Of a stretch of DNA of 64,000 bases, positions 57,903 through 64,000 are shown piece after piece. The notes beneath the pieces were generated by a model. That model was not told the DNA's origin and ran no database searches. It saw only the letters and a program-made list of their open reading frames with translations. Location of the stretch: IMG/VR virus record IMGVR_UViG_3300011008_002712; one strand, 5' to 3'. This DNA comes from a virus (taxonomy: Duplodnaviria; Caudoviricetes). Positions within the stretch are counted from its first letter, which is position 1, and the number at the start of each line of letters is the position of its first letter. The translations under genes and the position numbers were made by a program.

Positions 57903-58763
57903 TTAATCAATTAAATACTTATCACGTTTTTCAATTTCATTATCTACAAAATCTTTAGTATCTTGATATGTTAATTTATTTGTATACATAAACGTATTTC
58001 CATCATTTAACTTATAACCATTTTGTTTGATTTTATCGCGAATTGTTACCCATAATTCACCTGGAAATTTTTGATAAGTCGATTTTGATATTTTCCCATC
58101 TGTATCATATTTGTGTTCTACAACTACAACTTCTTTTTTTCCTGTTTTCATTAAGTAACACTCTTCAAGAAGATATATAATAGGATGTTGAACGCCAATT
58201 GGCGGTAATTGATATCCGAAACAACCAAAACATCCTCTTTCGTCATTGTCAAACCATTCAAATCCTTCTTTTAAAAGCGTTTGCAATAATTCATTGAAAA
58301 TTTGTTCTGTTTGTGATTGAGGCACATCATGAATATCCCTTGTATCACTAATTTTTTGCAATCTTTTTTTAGATCCTTCACATCCGCCAAAATCTCCACC
58401 CATTCCTATATCAGAACCACTCCATTCTCCTCCAGATGTATCTGAAGATGAATCCGTAGCGCCATAATCAGAATATCCATAATAGTTATCATATCCCCAG
58501 TTTCCCCACCAATATGGAGTATACCATATATGTTGCTGAGATTGTGGTAGTTTTTTCACTAAATGTTTTTTAGAATTTTTGCCAATGTAATTTTCATCTG
58601 GATCCATCCAATTTTCAAATTCTTCGCTTTCATTTCTTGGCCAATTATCAGCACAATAAAAGTAAAATGGACAAGGGCCATATATTATGTGATTTTCTGG
58701 TTTTACCATTGTATTATTTTGTGGCCATTCTGAAAATTTTATATTTTTTTGTAATCTTTTCAA
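57903..58763 (-). CDS. Hypothetical protein with repeated KRLQK motifs and a W/Y/G-rich low-complexity linker
   Basis: MKRLQKN, KKHLVKK, KKRLQKIS; WYTPYWWGNWGYDNYYGY...SGGEWSGSDIGMGGDFGG. Confidence 0.7.
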   Translation of the reverse strand: MKRLQKNIKFSEWPQNNTMVKPENHIIYGPCPFYFYCADNWPRNESEEFENWMDPDENYIGKNSKKHLVKKLPQSQQHIWYTPYWWGNWGYDNYYGYSDYGATDSSSDTSGGEWSGSDIGMGGDFGGCEGSKKRLQKISDTRDIHDVPQSQTEQIFNELLQTLLKEGFEWFDNDERGCFGCFGYQLPPIGVQHPIIYLLEECYLMKTGKKEVVVVEHKYDTDGKISKSTYQKFPGELWVTIRDKIKQNGYKLNDGNTFMYTNKLTYQDTKDFVDNEIEKRDKYLID

Positions 58764-58766
58764 TAT

Positions 58767-59087
58767 TTACACCCCAAAATATAATGCATATTTATTTAAT
58801 ATATATAATCTTAGTTCTTCAATTTCTTTTTCTATTTTATAAATAAATTTATTGTAATTTGCAAAGTTATTGAAAATAAATTGATGAAAAAATTTCTTTT
58901 TTAAAAAAATTAAAAATATATCAAATTGTCTTGATTGTTCAAAACTATTTATAAAATCAGGAACAAAATTTGATATATTTATAATATCATTAGAAATGCT
59001 AATTGCCAAATTACATTTTTCAATATTAAATTTTAAAATTATCAAAAAAAACGTTTTTTTCTTTTTAAAAGATTTTACTACTATCAT
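58767..59087 (-). CDS. Hypothetical protein
   Basis: 106-aa ORF coupled to the upstream gene. Confidence 0.5.
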   Translation of the reverse strand: MIVVKSFKKKKTFFLIILKFNIEKCNLAISISNDIINISNFVPDFINSFEQSRQFDIFLIFLKKKFFHQFIFNNFANYNKFIYKIEKEIEELRLYILNKYALYFGV

Positions 59088-59851
59088 TATAAATATCCCG
59101 ATTTTTTTGCTAGTTCGTCATATGCTCTAATTAAATTATCGTCGTCTAACTCATGATAGCAATTTATGACAAATTGAGCAAATTCTTGATGATTTAACAA
59201 ATAATGTGTTTTCTGATTATCACTACTCATATATTCTATATTAATTCTATACACATAATGATTGTTTTTTTCAATCTTTACTTTAAATAATGAATCAACT
59301 TGATCTTTTGCGTCATATGCAGTTCGTAAATCTACAAACATAGTATGGCAATTATTATAATATGCATGATCATTATACATAAGCAAAAATGGATATTTCG
59401 CAGAATTCAAATATTTGTCAATGTCTTCTACATTAAACACACATTCCATATGTTCTTTTCCAGATGCAAAAAAATGTCTTCTTATAGCTGTTGGACCAAG
59501 CATTTTAACATCAACTGCTATATTAAAATCTGATTGAAAATCTATTGATGAATAATTAAAATTATAGTCGTCAGTTGTAAAGATATATAAATCATGATCG
59601 CCCATATATTTAAAAAGTCTTCCGAAAAATGGATTCCTTCCAAATTTAATTTCTCCTATCCTGCCTTCAAGTAATCTCCCATTTATGCCAGATAAATCCC
59701 ATTTATGGTTTTTCAATCCATGATAAATTTGTATGGTTTCATCATGAAAAATCGGAGATGTTTCAATCAAATTTTTCATATATTGTGAACGATATTTTTT
59801 TAACAAATTTGATTTGAAATTTTCCATATCATTCCTCTTGTATAAAATCAA
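59087..59851 (-). CDS. Putative PD-(D/E)xK nuclease-like protein
   Basis: GRIGE...SIDFQ...IAVDVK pattern. Confidence 0.55.
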   Translation of the reverse strand: MILYKRNDMENFKSNLLKKYRSQYMKNLIETSPIFHDETIQIYHGLKNHKWDLSGINGRLLEGRIGEIKFGRNPFFGRLFKYMGDHDLYIFTTDDYNFNYSSIDFQSDFNIAVDVKMLGPTAIRRHFFASGKEHMECVFNVEDIDKYLNSAKYPFLLMYNDHAYYNNCHTMFVDLRTAYDAKDQVDSLFKVKIEKNNHYVYRINIEYMSSDNQKTHYLLNHQEFAQFVINCYHELDDDNLIRAYDELAKKSGYL

Positions 59852-60395
59852 AAATTTCTTTATTCATCATTATTAATTGAAGCAATTTCTTGCCAAAGAG
59901 TTTATCATCATTTTCTTCATATTCTAAATTATTTTCTTCTAACATAAGTTTTGCAATTAAAACAAACATATTACTCAACTTATATTCATTACATCCGTTT
60001 TTTACATACAAAATATAATTCTCTAAATCAATTTTATTGACCAAACCGTATTCTATTTTAAAATTTAACCCATTAAAACAAATCTTTTTTGCATTGCATT
60101 CATTTCTATAACAAGAAGATATAAAATCTTGGTTTATTTGTACAAAACTAAGAAAATCGTGAGAAAGTAATTCATTATATGTTTCAGAATTCAATGTATG
60201 CAACGAAGAATCATAGAGAAGAGCATGCATAATTTCATGAAAAATAGTTTCTTGTTTTCTTTGAAGAGACAAGCCATCTTTAATAAGAATGACTGTCTCT
60301 TCGTATTTTACCAATCCATTGCAAAGAGAATTTGCATATTCTATGCGATCTACAAAATTAATGTCGTAGTATAGCCCATTTATAAAAACATTCAT
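59829..60395 (-). CDS. HExxH metallopeptidase-like protein (ImmA/IrrE-like)
   Basis: G....I.IK..LS..RKQETIFHEIMHAL...E. Confidence 0.7.
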   Translation of the reverse strand: MNVFINGLYYDINFVDRIEYANSLCNGLVKYEETVILIKDGLSLQRKQETIFHEIMHALLYDSSLHTLNSETYNELLSHDFLSFVQINQDFISSCYRNECNAKKICFNGLNFKIEYGLVNKIDLENYILYVKNGCNEYKLSNMFVLIAKLMLEENNLEYEENDDKLFGKKLLQLIMMNKEIFDFIQEE

Positions 60396-60832
60396 GACAA
60401 TTTCTCCTTAATGATATTAGAAGCTAATTTCCCATCGTAAGTGCCAGCATGTTCATTTTTCAAACGATTCATAATAACACCAATAGATTTCTTATCTACA
60501 CTTGGTAGTTCGCTAATATAATTTGAAATGATTTTATCGAGCTCTTCTTTAGAAAGCTGTTTTGGTATATATTTTTGAAGAAGTTCAATCTTATTTTTAT
60601 ATTCCAGCACTTTTGATGGATCTTTTTTATTAAGTAGATCTATAACTTCTTCGGTTTTAGATTGGAAATTTTTTAAAATTTTAATAGCCTCGGCATCTGT
60701 AGTCTCTCTATTTCCATTGTTTTTACCAAAAGCAATAACATCTGCATACATTGTAGAAAGAAAACTAACAACATTAGATTGTTTATTCTTCCTAGCAGTA
60801 TCTAAATCTTTCTTAATTTCTTGTGCAATCAT
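60392..60832 (-). CDS. GatB/YqeY domain protein
   Basis: IKKDL..ARK, YIPKQLSKEEL..II, IGVIM..LK...G.YDGKLAS. Confidence 0.88.
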   Translation of the reverse strand: MIAQEIKKDLDTARKNKQSNVVSFLSTMYADVIAFGKNNGNRETTDAEAIKILKNFQSKTEEVIDLLNKKDPSKVLEYKNKIELLQKYIPKQLSKEELDKIISNYISELPSVDKKSIGVIMNRLKNEHAGTYDGKLASNIIKEKLS

Positions 60833-60872
60833 TTTATTTACTCCCTTCTGATTATCAAAACATATTAATAAT

Positions 60873-61376
60873 TCATTGTGCAAGATAACAATTATTGTTA
60901 ATAATGCACTTTTTTGCTAATTTATCAAATGCTTCACAAGCAATACAATTATCTTCATGTTCTTCATCTTTTATTAAAGATAAATCTTTATGAATAACAA
61001 TTGGAGAAAAACCATGAATTTCATCATATAGTATTCCTTCTGGAATATCGTTATAAAGATAAATTTTCTTAGCATTCATATAGGCTTCATACATTTCAAG
61101 AAATGTGGCACCGCCAATATAATTGATTTTATTTTCTATAGTAAGATTAAATACAAGCACAGCATCTACTTGAGAAATGACATTGGCACTTTTTTGATAC
61201 ATAGATTTCTTAAATTGTCTATGTGCTTCTTCACCTTTTGCCCAAGCTTCTTTTTCTGCGTCTGCATTGTCAATACAATTTGGAAGAAATACTTCATGAT
61301 TCAGCGATTCTAACTTATTTTTTAAATCATTTACATAGCAGTAAGATTTTTTACTGCAAATTATCAAAATTTTCAT
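60873..61376 (-). CDS. Nucleoside 2-deoxyribosyltransferase-like protein
   Basis: MKILIICS, EVFLP, DAVLVFN..NYIGGATFLEM..A...KKIYL. GAGGTGG RBS before ATG at 61376. Confidence 0.7.
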   Translation of the reverse strand: MKILIICSKKSYCYVNDLKNKLESLNHEVFLPNCIDNADAEKEAWAKGEEAHRQFKKSMYQKSANVISQVDAVLVFNLTIENKINYIGGATFLEMYEAYMNAKKIYLYNDIPEGILYDEIHGFSPIVIHKDLSLIKDEEHEDNCIACEAFDKLAKKCIINNNCYLAQ

Positions 61377-62508
61377 TTTCCACCTCACAACTCTTAATAA
61401 GAAATAATAATAAAAACATTTTAGAATGTATGACCTTGTCGTACCAACGAAAAAATGAATTATCATTTTTTTTATCAAGTTCGTTAAGATTTACATTCTG
61501 ATAACGTATATAGAAATCAATTAATTCTTTAGCAGCTTCTTTAGATTCTATATTTTCAAATTTTTTTTGAATTTTTTTAACAAAACTATTTTTATCCCAT
61601 AAAAATGATTCAATTTTATCTGTATTCCAAGCATAAGGCACTGATGTAATAATTAAATCGTGTGGTTCAAAAATCAATAATTCTTCTGGCGTAAGAAATG
61701 TTATGTCTAAATCATTCCGAGTGATAATTTTGAATTTTTTGTTTCTTCTCTCGCAATATTGCATTGCATATTCCATTTTTTTAGTCTCAAAATATGTTTT
61801 TACATCGCCTTTTATTTCAAACAAAGTATCATTTATTTGAAAGTCTGGTGTGTATATATGCCATTCATTATTTGCGTTTAGATATGGTATTTGTTCTGTG
61901 CAGTAAACAACGTTTTTATCTTCATTTTGATATAAAAACGATAATTCATAGCTGCTTGCGAAAAACCATTTTTTACGGAAAAATCCTTTTAAAAATCTTC
62001 CTTTGCCAATGCTTCTTTTTAGTGCAAAAAATTTATCCTTTTGAAACGTTAAAGATATAGATTTTTTTATTTTATCTTTTACACTTTGACTAGATTGTAC
62101 TGCTTTTTGAGCCTCACTGTTTGTAGTTTTCCATTCATCTAAAGATGTCACATAATTCATTATACAGTCATTGCAAATTTGTATATTGTTTGCATATTTC
62201 GAATGAATTATTTTGTCGATTCTACGAATATCTTTTTTTCCACATTTTTCACAAGTAATTTCAACAAATAATTTTGTGCTTTTTGATAAAACATCTCTAT
62301 TTTTTTGAAAAACTTCCCAAGAAAAAGGATTATTACGAGGCCCATAGTACAATGCATCAGGTGTTAATTTGTCTTTGTATAAAGTGTTTAGCACTCTAAA
62401 ACATCCAGAACAAATATTGGGATCATACCCTTGCGATATCTTTTTATTTTTGCTTTTTTCTGATTGTATAAAATTTTCTTTGCACCTAATGCATTGCATT
62501 GTTTTCAC
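61351..62508 (-). CDS. Putative homing endonuclease (Zn ribbons, TnsA-like PD-(D/E)xK) immediately after dnaE-IntN
   Basis: CIRC/CSGC/CEKC/CNDC, FASSYELSF, YTPDF..LFEIKG, LIITSVP..W shared with the two endonucleases at 48880-51994. Confidence 0.8.
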   Translation of the reverse strand: MKTMQCIRCKENFIQSEKSKNKKISQGYDPNICSGCFRVLNTLYKDKLTPDALYYGPRNNPFSWEVFQKNRDVLSKSTKLFVEITCEKCGKKDIRRIDKIIHSKYANNIQICNDCIMNYVTSLDEWKTTNSEAQKAVQSSQSVKDKIKKSISLTFQKDKFFALKRSIGKGRFLKGFFRKKWFFASSYELSFLYQNEDKNVVYCTEQIPYLNANNEWHIYTPDFQINDTLFEIKGDVKTYFETKKMEYAMQYCERRNKKFKIITRNDLDITFLTPEELLIFEPHDLIITSVPYAWNTDKIESFLWDKNSFVKKIQKKFENIESKEAAKELIDFYIRYQNVNLNELDKKNDNSFFRWYDKVIHSKMFLLLFLIKSCEVENENFDNLQ

Positions 62509-62510
62509 CT

Positions 62511-64000
62511 TTAAATTTCACATATAACATCATTAATTTCTAACTTATCGGCTTCAATCCATTGAGGAATTCTTATGCCATTATCAAAGTCTTTAGCTTT
62601 TATTGCTAAGATTTTATGATCTTTTGTGACACCATCAATCATTTTATCTTCAATTTGAAGTTGTAATAACTTTTCGTCTACATCATAAATAAATTTATTA
62701 ACAACTTCATGAAGTTTTTCATCTTTAGCATAGACAAGCTCACCAACATTTACGTCTCTAATTTGTTTTAACCCATACTGGGTTAAAACAAAATTATTAT
62801 CTTTAAAGCAACCCCTTCCAGGACCACATGGTATTTTAGCTTTATTTCTAATAAAATCAATTAAGCTTCCATATAAAATGAAATATGTCTCAAATCCCAT
62901 CTCTTTAATGACTTTCATTTCATGTGCAGCTCTAATTCTATCTTTTTTTGATTGTGCTCGTTTTTTTGTCAACCCATTAAGAAAAAGATATTCAAGATAT
63001 TTAGTTTTTTCTAACTCTTTTCCTCTAGATTCTTTTGATTTTTCTTTCCACTCATTATAAACACTATCATTTTTTGGTATTTCTACACTTGGCAAATAAT
63101 GAACGTCTGTAACAAATTCAACACTACATTGTTTTGCTATATCTTCAGAAAATTCAACAGCACTTAAAACCGCTTTTTGATCTAAAACTTCGTGACCAGA
63201 ACATTTAAATGCATTTAAAATTTCATCTTTTGTCATAATATAATAAGTATTCCCGCCATAAGTCCATCTATCTGGATTTGACATGACATCTTTACTCTGC
63301 ATGCAAAGAAGCACATCATGAGCTTCTTTGTGTTCTTGAGTCAAATAATGCGCATCTGTTGTAGCAACTAGTGGTATACCCATTTCTTTTGACAATTCTA
63401 TCAGCACTTTATTTACGATAACTTGATGTTCTATTGCTGTTGGCTGTATTTCTAAATAAAAATTACCATGAAATAATTTATGATAATATTCAATCCATTT
63501 TTTTGCTCCAACTATATCATCATTCATGATGCAACGTGGAATTCTACCAGCAATGCACGCAGACGTCGCTATTAAATCGTCAGTACCAATATCTTCAAGA
63601 CATTTATCGTCAATCCTTGCTTTATAGTAAAAACCTTTTGTTGCAGCTAAAGATGCCAATTTAGAAATTCTTTTATAACCTTCTATATTTTTTGCAAGAA
63701 TTATCATATGCTCATTCTTATATTGACGATAATGTTCAATGTCTTTATTATTCATATCATCTGTTACATAAAATTCTTCTCCAATAATTGGAATTACATC
63801 ATTTTTTTTAGCTTCATTATAATGAAACATAACAGCATATAAATTTCCATGATCTGTTATGCAACTATATACTTGGTGAGTTTCTCCAGTTTTTTTATTA
63901 AATTCATCTGTAATTTCTTTATTACGTCTTACTAAATCTTCTAACCTAAGGCAAGAATCCAATAAAGAATATTGAGAATGAACATGTAAATTGACAAAAT
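62511..64000 (-). CDS. dnaE: DNA polymerase III alpha, N-terminal half (PHP domain) fused to the split-intein N-fragment; starts beyond window edge
   Basis: Frame open to the edge: FVNLHVHSQYSLLDS, ITDHG, IIGEE, SACIAG, YLEIQ, ATTDAHY, YF..., GPGRG|C. Confidence 0.95.
   Translation of the reverse strand, partial: FVNLHVHSQYSLLDSCLRLEDLVRRNKEITDEFNKKTGETHQVYSCITDHGNLYAVMFHYNEAKKNDVIPIIGEEFYVTDDMNNKDIEHYRQYKNEHMIILAKNIEGYKRISKLASLAATKGFYYKARIDDKCLEDIGTDDLIATSACIAGRIPRCIMNDDIVGAKKWIEYYHKLFHGNFYLEIQPTAIEHQVIVNKVLIELSKEMGIPLVATTDAHYLTQEHKEAHDVLLCMQSKDVMSNPDRWTYGGNTYYIMTKDEILNAFKCSGHEVLDQKAVLSAVEFSEDIAKQCSVEFVTDVHYLPSVEIPKNDSVYNEWKEKSKESRGKELEKTKYLEYLFLNGLTKKRAQSKKDRIRAAHEMKVIKEMGFETYFILYGSLIDFIRNKAKIPCGPGRGCFKDNNFVLTQYGLKQIRDVNVGELVYAKDEKLHEVVNKFIYDVDEKLLQLQIEDKMIDGVTKDHKILAIKAKDFDNGIRIPQWIEADKLEINDVICEI
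62514..62810 (-). mobile_element. Split intein N-fragment (IntN, 99 aa)
   Basis: Block A CFKDNNFVLTQYGLKQIRDVNVGELV, block B VTKDHKIL (TxxH), WIEADKLEINDVI, then stop. No endonuclease domain and no block F/G. Confidence 0.93.

Noticed and set aside
48880-62508. Tn7 transposon suggested by TnsA-like domains
   Set aside because: No TnsB, TnsC or TnsD and no transposon ends. The domains are fused to NUMOD modules typical of homing endonucleases.
48793-62510. Group I/II intron or inserted prophage/transposon as the cause of the dnaE interruption
   Set aside because: Both halves carry complementary intein fragments with a proper stop and a new RBS and start. No RT, integrase, transposase, terminal repeats or intron core were seen.
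174-63060. Many short antisense ORFs in the ORF track (e.g. 174-410, 4153-4437, 28106-28510, 47165-47446)
   Set aside because: They are shadows of long, well-supported genes on the opposite strand, with no RBS and atypical Ser/Phe/Ile-rich composition.
1-64000. Stop-codon reassignment (code 15 or 4), as seen in some gut jumbo phages
   Set aside because: Conserved genes are full length in the standard code, and TAG, TGA and TAA all end genes at expected positions. The single internal TAA at 22711 is isolated.
1-64000. CRISPR array, tRNA or rRNA genes
   Set aside because: No regularly spaced repeats or cloverleaf/T-loop signatures seen by eye. Intergenic gaps are short and explained by promoters and terminators. 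tRNAscan would be needed to be certain.

Overview
This window is an AT-rich, gene-dense, non-modular segment of a large (jumbo-type) dsDNA phage genome read in the standard code. The host is probably an anaerobic, flagellated Firmicute, and Negativicutes is suggested by the holin type, FliS and split NrdD (inference). It carries replication and recombination genes (DnaE, primase, RecA, SSB, SbcCD, RuvC, SF2 helicase, Nfo), nucleotide metabolism (NrdD, ThyA, DHFR, NT5C, NUDIX), a tRNA/RNA-repair toolkit (Thg1, RNase Z-like MBL, Tpt1/KptA, degenerate CCA-adding enzyme, YqeY), virion fibre genes, a holin-amidase pair and host-like genes (PIN-PhoH, HPr-like, FliS, TelA). The main finding is a DNA polymerase III alpha (dnaE) gene broken into two genes that carry the two halves of a naturally split intein: a 99-aa IntN at 62514-62810 and a 38-aa IntC at 48679-48792. 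The splice site is GRG|S, which differs from the cyanobacterial site. The halves lie about 13.7 kb apart, separated by three related putative homing endonucleases and about 15 unrelated cargo genes. Other notable features are an NrdD lacking its glycyl-radical loop followed by a small partner ORF, an HPr homolog with His15 replaced by Cys, 11 copies of a conserved CTATTTAC-N17-TGnTATAAT promoter, and two recurring short peptide motifs. No tRNA, rRNA or CRISPR array was seen. Family assignments come from motif recognition by eye; no database searches were run.
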